64,000 nt of DNA, from assembly GCA_907165135.1 (NCBI GenBank), contig OU015568.1:13392001-13456000 (forward strand), read 5' to 3'. The position numbers and the translations under genes are program-made. Of this stretch, positions 12,081-23,600 are shown piece by piece. This DNA is from Oikopleura dioica. Its lineage: Eukaryota; Animalia; Chordata. Each line of letters begins with the position of its first letter. Positions within the stretch are counted from its first letter, which is position 1. The notes beneath the pieces were generated by a model. That model had not been told where the DNA came from, searched no databases, and was given only the letters and a program-made list of their open reading frames with translations.

Positions 12081-15000
12081 GTTTTCCAGCTTGATTCTGT
12101 CCCACGGACGACCTCTGATAGCAGATCAAAGCTTTCTCCTTTACTGGAAAGAATGTACCATTTCCAGCAAGACAGCGAACATGAAGAACATTTCGAAATT
12201 GACGACGACGTGAGTCAAATTTCGAATATTGTCCGCCACCAGCACGAGCATCTCAGATTATACGATGATGGAAAGCTCCACTTTATTCATGATATCCATC
12301 TACCGGAAGTGGAGAAGTTGAACAAAGCCGAGCTTTTACTTGACACAACGCAATTTCAGCCGAATTCAACTTTTGACGCTTTTTTGGTAAGTTAAAAAAA
12401 GAAGAATAAATGTAGATTCTCGTAAAAGAATCAGTTTTAGAAATGTTGCTTTAAATTTTTATCCCAAAAAATCTCAAACGGTCATATTTAGGTTGGCGAG
12501 AACGGCGACGTCCTAATCTCGCGCGTGGCAGGGGACTCGGAAATAATCCGAATTGATCTGACAGAAGCCACAAGCAAGTGGCTCTCGGGCTTTCCCAACA
12601 ACGGCGTACGTTTGACAATCAACTCGCAAAATAAAAGGTGACTACCATTTAAAATTGACCTATAAAAACACACACGATTTCGACATCTGTTAACACTTAA
12701 TTAGAGTGCGTCGAAATGTTGAAGACTTCGACGAGCATTCTGCCACGTTTCTGACGTACTCAAGTGACGGCAAAGGACCTACGCTAGGGTCGGCCAAAAA
12801 AATTTTTTGATCTCTAATTCTTTTGAAACCAGTTTCAGTGGATTTGCGGTGCTCAAAAACCTTTATAAACTAAAAATTGCTGAGATCCGATGTTCAGGTC
12901 TCATTCAAGGGCATATTTTCCAAAAATTGGGACTTGAATTTGACATACTTTCTTAAAAAAATTAAATTCACTATATATTCAAGGCGAATGATATATTTGG
13001 TGGCAGAATATGATAGAAAAGGGTTCAAATTATACAGGTAAAGAAGAGAAAAGAGATTGAATACTCATATACCATTTTTATGGAAGGGTGTTTTGTGCCA
13101 ATTACCCTTATATATGGTTAACTCAGGTATTCATTCATTCATAAATCAATAAAAAAAGATGTTTCAATCCCAAATTTTTGCTCATAAATTAGATTAAACA
13201 CTAAGGAATAACTTTGCTCTTTCAGAATGCTTATATGAGTTGGGGAATTTTTTTTAATAATTTTTAAATAAAACTACTGGATATTTACGAGAACTTAAAA
13301 ATGAAGAAAAAAATCTTTTAAGAGGACAAAAAAGGTTCAAATTCTTATCTATATGTTTGAACGATGATAAGAAATTATTAACTAAGTGTTGTGTGGATAT
13401 CATCAGTGATATTCATGAGAGTCTATTATCAGAGGATCTGTTGGTCTCTATCTGTATCATTAAGAGGTCTTGAATAACCTTCAGCACTATGAATGTAGTT
13501 TCTAGTCGTTCAAATTGCACAAAATATCTTTTTGAATTATGCTTACATCATCAGAAAGCCTGCTACTGATACCTATGATCTGTAAGGTAATATCTGTATT
13601 AGAAACGCTTAGTCAATGACTCCGAAAATTGCATACAGTCATTAACAGGGCCAAAGTTGCCCAAAATGTCTTTTTGGAAAATCGTCAAAGTATCAGAAGT
13701 CCTCCAACTGATACCTATCATCTGTTAGTCAGTGTCTGTATTAGTAACGCTATGTCGATGACTCCGAAATTGCATTCATTCATTAACAGGGCTAAAGATG
13801 CCCGAAATGTCTCTTTGGATAATCGTCAAAGTATCAGAAGTCCTCCAACTGATACCTATCATCTGTAAGTCAGTGTCTGTATTAGAAAGGCTTAGTCAAT
13901 GACTTCCGAAATTGCATACAGTCATAAACAGGTCTAAAGATGCCCAAAATGTCTTTTTGCATAATCCTCAAAGTATCAGATGTCCTCTAACTGATATCTA
14001 TCATCTGTTAGTCAGTGTCTGTAATAGAGAGGCTTAGTCAATGACTCCGAAAATTGCATTCAGTCATAAACAGGGCTAAGATGCCCAAAATGTCTATTTG
14101 AATAATCCTCAAAGTATCAGAAGTCTTCCAACTGATACCTGTTGTCTGTAAGTCAGTGTTTGTATTACCATGAAGTTTTACTCTTGATGGAGAAAGTCCC
14201 TGGGCCCCCTTCACCGTTTCCCGCCAATTCAATGTCGGGGGATTCTAGAAATTTTGCCAAGCCCATGTTTGGCGTTTTCTCGAGTCTCGAAATTATGTGC
14301 GGAAGAAAAATGTCCGCTGACTGGCTAGACACAGCTGGCGCAGAATTCAGTCGGGTAAGGGGCGAAGCCGACCCGAAGGAAAAGCAAGCCCCGTCTCTTA
14401 CATTCAGTCAGGTAAGTGGCGAAGCCGACCCGAAGGCAAAGCCAGCCCCGTCTCACAATTCAGTCAGGTAAGGGACCAACCCGACCCGTACCTAACTGAA
14501 TCCAAAAGACGAGGCTTGGCTCCCCTTCGGCTCGGCTTGGCCCCTTACCTGACTGAATTAAGGAGACGAGGCTTGCCCCCGGGTCGCCTTGGCTCTTTAC
14601 CAACCTGAATCCAAGAAACGGGGCTTGCCTCCCCTCCGGAGCGTCTTCGCCCCTTATCTAACTGAATCCAAGAAACGGGGCTGGCCTCTCCTTCAGCTCG
14701 GCTTGGCCCCTTACCTACCTGAATCCTAGAAACGGAGCTAGCCTCCCCTCCGGTTCGGCTTGGCCCCGTATCTAAGTGAATCAAAGAGACGGGGCTGGCC
14801 TCCCTCCGGGTCGGCATGGCCCCTTACCTAACTGAATCCAAGAAACGGGGCTGTCCTCCCCTTCGGGTCGGCTTGGCCCCTTACCTAACTGAATCCAAGA
14901 AACGGGACTGGCCTCCTCCGGGTCGGCATGGCCGCTTACCTAACTGAATAAAATAAACTGGACTGGCCTCCCCTTCGGGTCGGCTTGGCCCCTTACCTAA

Positions 15001-17972
15001 CTGAATCCAAGAAACGGGGCTGTCCTCCCCTTCGGGTCGGCTTGGCCCCTTACCTAACTGAATCCAAGAAACGGGGCTGGCCTCCTCCGGGTCGGCACGG
15101 CCCCTTACCTAACTGAATCCAAGAAACGGGGCTGTCCTCCCCTTCGGCTCGGCTTGGCCCCTTACCTGACTGAATTAAGGAGACGAGGCTTGCCTCCCCG
15201 GGTCGCCTTGGCTCTTTACCAACCTGAATCAAAGAAACGGGGCTTGCCTCCCCTCCGGGTCGTCTTGGCCCCTTATCTAACTGAATCCAAGAAACGGGGC
15301 TGGGATCTCCTTCGGCTCGGCTTGGCCCCTTACCTACCTGAATCCTAGAAACGGAGCTAGCCTCCCCTCCGGTTCGGCTTGGCCCCTTACCTAACTGAAT
15401 CCAAGAAACAAAGCTAGCCTCCCCTCCGGTTCAGCTTGGCCCCGTATCTAAGTGAATCAAAGAGACGGGGCTGGCCTCCCCTCCGGGTCGGCATGGCCCC
15501 TTAGCTAACTGAATCCAAGAAACGGGGCTGTCCTCCCCTTCGGGTCGGCTTGGCCCCTTACCTAACTGAATCCAAGAAACGGGACTGGCCTCCCCTCCGG
15601 GTCGGCATGGCCGCTTACCTAACTGAATAAAATAAACTGGGCTGGCCTCCCCTTCGGGTCGGCTTGGCCCCTTACCTAACTGAATCTAAGAAACGGGGCT
15701 GTCCTCCCCTTCGGGTCGGCTTGGCCCCTTACCTAACTGAATCAAGAAACGGGGCTGGCCTCCCCTCCGGGTCGGCACGGCCCCTTACCTAACTGAATCA
15801 AGAAACGGGGCTGTCCTCCCCTTCGGGTCGGCTTGGCCCCTTACCTAACTGAATCCAAGAAACTGGGCTGGCCTCCTCCGGGTCGGCATGGCCGCTTACC
15901 TAACTGAATAAAATAAACTGGGCTGGCCTCCCCTTCGGGTCGGCTTGGCCCCTTACCTAACTGAATCCAAGAAACGGGGCTGTCCTCCCCTTCGGGTCGG
16001 CTTGGCCCCTTACCTAACTGAATCCAAGAAACGGGGCTGGCCTCCCCTCCGGGTCGGCACGGCCCCTTACCTAACTGAATCCAAGAAACGGGGCTGTCCT
16101 CCCCTTCGGGTCGGCTTGGCCCCTTACCTAACTGAATCAAGAAACGGGGCTGGCCTCTCCTTCGGGTCGGCTCGGCCCCTTACCTGACTGAATTAAAGAG
16201 ACGGAGCTTGCCTCCCTCCAGGTCGTCTTGGCCCCTTACCTAAATGAATCCAAGAAACGGGGCTGGCCTCTCCTTCGGGTCGGCTCGGCCCCTTACCTGA
16301 CTGAATTAAAGAGACGGAGCTTGCCTCCCCTCCGGGTCGGCTTGGCCCCTTACCTAACTGAATCCAAGAAACGGAGCTGGCCTCCCCTTCGGGTCGGCTT
16401 GGCCCCTTACCTAACTGAATCCAAGAAACGGGGCTGGCCTCCCCTCCGGGTCGGCTTGGCCCCTTACCTAAATGAATCCGAGAAACGGAGCTTGCCTCCC
16501 CTTCGGGTCAGCTTGGTCCCTTACCTGACTGAATATAGGAAACGGGGCTTGCCTTCCCTTTTGGTCGGCTTAATTCAAGAGATGAGGCTCGCCTCCCCGT
16601 CGGGTCGTTTTAGCGCCTCACTTTACTGGTGCTCCCTTTACCCGCTCTCTAGGGGTGCACTATCTGCGCAACCCACTGTACCTGACTGAATTTAAGAGAC
16701 GGGCTTATTCGCCTCAAGTCATCCAGGAGTTGGTCTTTCACCCGGGTTCCTTCGGAAGGTTTACGGCAGATAGTGAACGAAAGTGGTTAAATGTGGCAGT
16801 TTTCGGCTAAGCAAGGCTATTTAAATATTTTTTTGAATATTGGTCTTCAACCAGTTGGTCTTCTAGTAAGGGGGTCCTCCGGGAGGTCCTCCGGCAGAAA
16901 GTGACCGAAATTGGTCAAATGTGGCAGTATGTGGCCATCCAAAGCAATTTATTTTTTTTCTATTATTGGTCCTCCAGCAGTTTGTCTTCCAGTAAGGGGT
17001 CTTCCGGAAGGTCCTCCGGCAATAAGTGGCCAAACTTGACCGAAGTCGGCAATCACTTGCCAATCAAGGCTTGATATTTGGCGTACCAAAAAATTCGATA
17101 TTTAGAAACGTCCAAGATTCACGTTTTTAGTGACGAAAATCGCGATTTTCAAAAAATTCTAAAAAAATTTCCCCAACTCGCACAGACAAATGGTTAGTAC
17201 CATTCGAATCGTCTCGTTCTCCTCTTTCTAACAAGGTATAATTCGTAATTGAAACACGAGATCGATTTTTTTTTGGCCGACCCTAACCTACGCTCTCCAG
17301 ATCCAGAAGGTAAAAATAATTTTAGTAATCTTTTGGAAAGAAATTTTCAGAAAATCGAAAAAGAAGTCCTCGCGGCTGATTCGAAATCGCTTGGAACCCT
17401 GCAGCCGCGAGAAAATGTACATCGATTTCAAGTCGATCAAGTGGACCGAGTTCATCGTCGCTCCTTCTGGCTTCGACAGCTATCTTTGTTCGGTGAGTTA
17501 GCTTGAAGTAATTCGGCTTCTAAGAATGATTGAAAGAGACTAAAGAGGCAACTGTTATGAGCGATCATCGTCCGCGTCTTTGAAGGGCCCTTCAAATTTT
17601 AATTTACCGGATGTTGTTAAGCCCCTACACTAAGCCAGCTCCTTTTTACTATTTTCTAATGACCCCATGTCAAAGAGCGAGCAGCTTTCTGTTTAGTAAT
17701 TGACGGTTACTTCAGGGAACATGTCCGTATCCTCTCGACGCTCACTTGAACCACACAAATCATGCTATCTTCAATTCGGTGGTTGCTCGACTTGATCCGC
17801 TAGAAACTGATGGTCCTTGCTGCGTTCCGACTGAGTTAAAGCCTCTCACGGTTTTATACATTGACAACAGTCAGAGGGTAAGAGAAAAATTTGATTAAAT
17901 AAATTAACCTCTTTCTAGGCTGTGTTAAGATCATACGAAGACATGGTAGTAGAGTCATGCGGGTGCAGATAA
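12081..17972 (+). CDS. BMP2/4-like TGF-beta family ligand, interrupted by a transposon; signal-peptide exon not located
   Basis: Exons: 12081-12386; 12492-12637 (IDLTEATSKW..NNGV prodomain motif); 12705-12784 plus 17286-17309 (RVRRN..SSDGKGPTLSRSRR); 17351-17492 (CSREKMYIDFKSIKWTEFIVAPSGFDSYLCS); 17716-17877 (GTCPYPLDAHLNHTNHAI..CCVPTEL); 17919-17972 (SYEDMVVESCGCR*). All seven cystine-knot Cys present. Confidence 0.92.
13430..14165. repeat. Tandem repeat, ~141-142 bp unit, ~5 copies (inside the hAT element)
   Basis: The motif CTGATACCTATCATCTG and variants recur at ~13566, 13708, 13849, 13991 and 14132. Confidence 0.85.
14345..16690. repeat. GC-rich minisatellite, ~57-bp unit, roughly 38-40 direct copies plus 2-3 inverted copies at the left end
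   Basis: Unit CCCTTACCTAACTGAATCCAAGAAACGGGGCTGTCCTCCCCTTCGGGTCGGCTTGGC; period 57 (e.g. 14821 vs 14878). Copies at 14345-14490 are in reverse orientation. Confidence 0.93.
16735..17055. repeat. Degenerate ~128-bp tandem repeat, ~3 copies (subterminal in the hAT element)
   Basis: GGGGTCCTCCGGGAGGTCCTCCGGCAGAAAGTG..AAATGTGGCAG-like blocks at ~16742, 16870 and 16997. Confidence 0.6.
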
Positions 17973-18467
17973 CTGTACTTTCCCCATTGTATTCATCCTT
18001 CCATGCCCAGTCACGCAAAATTACTGGGCGGCGCTGGAACTGCCAACTGCTTTCAAGAAAAGCAGCTTATCTATCAGGTCGTCTTGTCAAGAGCAAAAAA
18101 CTACTAAACCCTCAAGTCCTTTCTGCCACTGTCCGGAGGAGCCTCAAATCTGCATTAAAAATTTGAGCTGATTCATAAAACGGTCTTTCCGGAGATATTT
18201 TTCACTGCATCATCCCATGGAGGAATCTTGTACTAAAACAAACATACTCAAAAATAATATTGTAAATTCAACCATTTCCCCTGTACAGTCCGATAAAATA
18301 AACTACAAGTTCAATCCTACGTAGAGATTTTTCTCTGCAATCAATAAAAACAGGCAAATTCAAAAACTTCAAGCGCAGGCGTTTCAAGTAATCTGGATTA
18401 CATCGATAAAAACAAATCGAGAGAACAGAGAATCGGGAAAGAACTCATTTCTAAGGAAAATTTTGAA

Positions 18468-18710
18468 ATGTTTTTGGACAAGGAAGCAGAGGAAAATCAA
18501 GTTATCGAGGTTCTCAGAGACGCAATTATGATTTTACTCGGTACGACATTGTTCCTTGTCACTATATTTTGCATTCTTTTGATCCTTGTTGCTCGTCTGT
18601 CTCTTCGAATCTACTCATATTATTTGAAAAAGCCTCCTCCAACAGGTAAACCGACGAGAGATTCAATAAGTAACGATGAGCTCAGCCAGGTTTCGCCAAA
18701 AGCTTTCTAA
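18468..18710 (+). CDS. Small single-pass membrane protein (80 aa), function unknown
   Basis: ATG-initiated ORF with an acidic N-terminus, a hydrophobic stretch (IMILLGTTLFLVTIFCILLILVA), then basic residues and a PPP motif. Confidence 0.5.
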   Translation: MFLDKEAEENQVIEVLRDAIMILLGTTLFLVTIFCILLILVARLSLRIYSYYLKKPPPTGKPTRDSISNDELSQVSPKAF

Positions 18711-19195
18711 AGTTCCATCGGCGCCGATAGAAGACGAATTCACGGGACCATAGTAGGACCCTGGGAGCCACTGGCTCAGCGTATGCGGTTGATAATCGAC
18801 CGCGGTTGGTTGTTTGTGGATGTCCGCCTAAATGGCGGCCAGCCCGGAGCCGACAAAACCTTTCATTAGGACACAATAAAGTCAAATTACGAATGATCAA
18901 GACAACCGCAACAAATGATAATTTCCGTTTTATTCTCCACCAAATCAGTTAACATTTCCACGCTTTTCTGCTGTAAGTTCCTTCGAATAAATTTTCTTTA
19001 TATTTGTCATTTTGTTTTATAATCATAACGCATGAAAGTCGATTTTATTTACGTGGAATTCAAAGACATCAGTTTTATTAACAGTTTTATTGTACATTAT
19101 TGCTTGTATTATTGTTTTAGAATCATTTTTATAAATCAGTACATACGGCATTGCAAATAATTTTTCAGGCAAATGCAGGGCAATATCATTTGGAG

Positions 19196-20066
19196 CAGGG
19201 CTGGCAAATTAGGGTCCTAACAGCCGCACTACCGAAAAATTGTTAGGGTTCTAACTCAAAATTAGTGCGAATTAGTGCGGCATCCCCGTCCTACCCGTCC
19301 TATTTTTTCCTTGATATTTTTCGTCTATTAGGACTGAATCGCCGCCCTAACCGTACTAATTTGGAGGCTCTTTTTCATCATCAATCGGCGCGCGCTTCCC
19401 ACGAGGCGCGGAGGACAAATTGGTGGAAGATTGAAAAAGAATGGAGCTGAATGGATGAGAAAAACGAATGACCCGCCATGATTGGCGGACCAATAAACGC
19501 GCGCCTCTTTTAGGACGATTTTAGTGCGGCTTTTTCCAACTCGTACTACTCGCACTAAAAAGTTATAAAATGACAGTTAGGGTTCTAACAATAGGGTTCT
19601 AACTCAAATTAGTGCGGCTGGCGGGACCCTAATTTGCCAGCCCTGGTTAGAACCCTATTGTTAGAAGTTGGAAAAAGCCGCACTAAAATCGTCCTAAAAG
19701 AGGCGCGCGCTTATTGGTCCGCCAATCATGGCGGGTCATTCGTTTTTCTCATCCATTCAGCTCCATTCTTTTTTCAATCTTCCACCAATTTGTCCTCCGC
19801 GCCTCGTGGGAAGCGCGCGCCGATTGGATGATGAAAAAGAGCCTCCAAATTAGTACGGTTAGGGCGGCGATTCAGTCCTAATAGACGAAAAAATATCAAG
19901 GAAAAAAAATAGGACGGGTAGGACGGGGATGCCGCACTAATTCGCACTAATTTTGAGTTAGAACCCTAACAATTTTTCGGTAGTGCGGCTGTTAGGACCC
20001 TAATTTGCCAGCCCTGGTTCTAACTCAAATTAGTGCGGCTGGCGGGACCCTAATTTGCCAGCCCTG
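19196..20066. mobile_element. hAT-type MITE / fold-back element (871 bp)
   Basis: Left end CAGGGCTGGCAAATTAGGGTCC; right end GGACCCTAATTTGCCAGCCCTG. 8-bp TSD ATTTGGAG at 19188-19195 and 20067-20074. Internal ~350-bp inverted arms. Confidence 0.9.
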
Positions 20067-20613
20067 ATTTGGAGTCCAAATTTTGGACTCTTGGACTCTT
20101 GATACGTAAGTTATTGGTTAGGTAAAGTTCGCGATTATTCTTGACACGAATCCAACAGATGTTTCATCCTTCGTTGCGACTTCACACCTTCTTTTTGTAT
20201 GCTGTTTTAATATGAATAAGCTTGATTTCTTGAAAAATTACCTTTTACTTTATCAAGAGCAAGGATTCATAAAAGTTAAATCGAAACTATATTATTCTGA
20301 ATATTATATCTTCATGATCAGGTCTTGTTCTCAAAATAGCAAGCTTATCAAGAGTAAGCAGGGTTACTTTTCGCTCTTTGCTCATCGTCACCTGTCGCCT
20401 TAGCAGTAGCTGCCCGGGCAAAAAGTAGCTCGCTCCCTGCTTCCTCCCAATCTTCTCGTCCCTCGATGCGGGAGCTCAGCTATCTTTTCTTTGTGATCTC
20501 AGAGAAACAGCTGATATTTATGATTTTCTGTTTTGTTTGAGAATTTCTTACGAAGTAGTGTGATAAAAGAGAAAAACTTGAAAGTTTAGAAATTGGAATC
20601 GAGAAATTAGAAA

Positions 20614-23600
20614 ATGGCGGAGGAGCAACAGGAAATGCAAGAGCAAGTTCCAATGGACGAACAGGTAAACGGCTCACCTAAACCATTGCTCGAATATAAA
20701 TTCTTGAATACAGCTAAAGATATATTATCTATAAAGAAAAAAATGCTAATCAAATTTTAGGGGGACTCTGTCCCTATCCTGGTCGACCGATCAAAGTTGA
20801 CACCTCAGATGCGACATTTCCTCACAATGTCGAAGATGCAGTCTGAAAATGCTTACAAAGGTGATTAAGAAAACAAAACTGTTAATAAACTTTATTTTCA
20901 GAGGAAGCTGCAAAAGTTAACTCTAAGAACGAGTTTACCAAAACTTTTACTGATCAGGCTGAATACAAAATTAATAAGGTAATATTTCAATTATGATAAC
21001 ATGGAAGATAACTGATTTATTTAGGCCGTTCATGAAGCAACTGTCGACAGAAACTACAAAAAGGGAGCTGCCGAAGCAGTTGAGAACTTCAAGGGCCACC
21101 AGAACCTTGGCTATGATAACCCTCAAATGGCTCATCACGCCAAGAATAACGAAATGCTTTCTAATGCCTACTACAAAGAAGACTACGAAATGGACAAGGA
21201 CATCGTCTACTTTCCCATGGAGGCTTCTCCAGGCTATGTGAACGCAAAGAAGGTAAAAGAAGCGACGGACGATGCGAACTACAAAGCTAAAGCGGCAGAA
21301 AACAATCAGCAGAACAAGCTCAACCTTTGCGAAACACCTGTCTATCAGACTCAAGAAGCTCTCAAGGCTAAGGTGTCCAACAAGGCTTACACTAAGGACT
21401 ATGAAGAGGCAAAGATCAATGTTCACCCTACTCCTGTCACCCACGAGATGGTTGCCAGTAAGAAAGCTGGAGAGCTGACCAAGCGAGCTTATGGTGCGAA
21501 TGGCATGGAAGCTATTCGATCGTACAACAACGATGCTAGTATGCTCAACAGAGGCGATATCCAACAAGCTCAGAAGACTCAGAAACAGGATGACCATCTC
21601 AAGCGAGAGTACCGAAAGGACTACGAGGAAAGCAAGACAAAATATGAATTTGAAAAGGCCCTGAACGACGTGCCAGTCATCAAACAGCAGATTCTTGCTT
21701 CCAAGCAGGCTGATGCCACCAATACTACTTATGGAGCTGGTGGAAAGCAGAGCATGGAACGTAACGAGTTTACAAAGACATATTGCGATACTAATGTCTA
21801 CAAGACTAACAAGGCTATCACTGCTATTACTCGAGACTCGCTTTACCAAGCCGGAAAAGCTGATGCTATCAAATCTTTCAAAGGATTCCAGGCTTTGGAC
21901 ATCAACCAGGTTCCATCTTTTAAGCAGCACATGGCCAACCAAGAGAACCTTTCCAATGTCTACTACACTGATGATTATGAAAACGACAAGGACTTGGTTT
22001 ATTTCCCTACCAACATTACTCCAAAGTACGAGTCGGACAAGAAGAACGCTGAGATCAACGCGAACTACAAGACCGAAGCGGCCAAGGATGCTGAAACTCA
22101 CAAGTTTAACTTGGCGGAAAGCGAAACCTACAAAAATCAAAAGGACGTTGAGAGCAAAACCCGACCAAAGCAGTACACTGAGAAGTGGGAGCAAGAAAAG
22201 TTCAAGGTCATTGGCACCGCTGTTACCAAAGAAATGGAACTCATCGAAACTCTCAAGAAAACAAAGGATGCCGCTTATACTGAGGCTTGGGACGAGGCAA
22301 AGTTGAATATCCACTATCCACCAGATAACCCACTCATGCTTCAAGCCAAAAAATCTGCCAAGCAGTCTTCTGACATCGAATATAAGAAGGACTACCGAGA
22401 AAACGTTCTTGGCGCTAAGTCATCTGCTGATGCTGAGGGCGATCTTGAATATGTTGTTAACAAAAATAACAAAGCTATCACAGACGACGCTAACTACAAG
22501 AAGGATGCAATGGCCGCTATGGAACATCATAAATATGCCCCTGAGTTTTGTGAGACCGAGAAGTACAAGATTGCGAAGAACATCACCGAGATCACATCCG
22601 ACCGATACAACACCACTAAAGAAACTCTCAAGAACTTCCAAGGATGGAATACTATTCGACCTGGTGACAATCCACTCATCGTTCATCATGCGAAGAATGC
22701 TGATCAACTTAACCCCTATCTTTACAAGGAAGATTATGAAGTTGATAAGACATTGGTCGATTATCCTGTTCATATGTCTGAGCATTACCAGAACACGAAA
22801 AATCTGAAGGAGAAGCTCGATGGCTATACTGAAGATTACGAGAAGATGAAGCAGCAAAATCGTCTCGATTTGACCAAGACCGAAAAGTACATCAACGATG
22901 AAGCTTTGTCCAAGAACTATCGATCTGACAAGGGCTACAAGGCAAAATATGAAAAGGAAGTCCAGGGACACTGCATTGGTTCGGAGACCAACCCGCAGCT
23001 TGAGCAGTTGAAAGGTCTCAAGCCGTATCAAAACGATAAGCTCTACCAAGAGGGTGCTCGCGAACTCATGAAGACTACCAACGTTCCTCATGATGCTCCT
23101 GAATTCGAGCTGTCCAAGAAGCGAAACGAAATTCGATCTGATAAGTTCTACAAGAAAAACTACGAAGAGACCAAGCACAAGAACATTCCTGGTCCAGTTG
23201 AGAACTATCACGATTATAAGACTCAGGCGGAAGTTAAAGCAATCACTAACGATGCTGCTTACAAAAAGAAGTACAACGAGACTGTGGTTACCAACTCTGT
23301 CACCAAAGAGTTCTGTAACACTGAACAATACAAGACCAACAAAAATCTCAAGAAGCTTACTTCGAAGGCCAACTATTCCGACTTTCCAGAAACTCTTGCA
23401 AAATATAAGGGATTCCAGTCGATTGATACCAACGAAGTTCCTGAGTTTGCCATGCACGCTCGAAATGCAGATCAGCTTTCTCAACCCTTGTATAAGGAAG
23501 ATTACAACAATGAAAAAGATCTCGTTTTCTTCCCAGTGCACATGTCCGAGAAGTATCAACAGGATAAGAAACTTCACAAAGACATAAAAGACTACGATGC

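Larger units (their letters stand above)
12785..17285. mobile_element. Non-autonomous hAT-like DNA transposon (4,501 bp) inserted in a BMP coding exon
   Basis: Terminal inverted repeats TAGGGTCGGCCAAAAAAA (from 12785) and TTTTTTTGGCCGACCCTA (to 17285). Perfect 8-bp target-site duplication ACCTACGC at 12777-12784 and 17286-17293. Removing the element and one TSD restores the BMP frame. No transposase ORF seen. Confidence 0.92.

Noticed and set aside
12785-12786. TA target duplication (Tc1/mariner interpretation)
   Set aside because: The TA belongs to the TIR; an exact 8-bp duplication flanks it and restores the BMP frame.
14345-16690. CRISPR-like array or a 19-aa repeat protein (APYLTESKKRGCPPLRVGL)n
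   Set aside because: Units are contiguous with no unique spacers, there are no cas genes and the host is eukaryotic. Frequent 1-bp indels break the frame, so the ORFs follow from the 57-bp period.
12785-17285. Autonomous transposon or transposase gene
   Set aside because: No long ORF or recognisable hAT BED/DDE/dimerisation motif in the interior.
19210-20000. TTAGGG hexamers suggesting interstitial telomeric repeats
   Set aside because: Isolated single copies within MITE termini, not tandem arrays.
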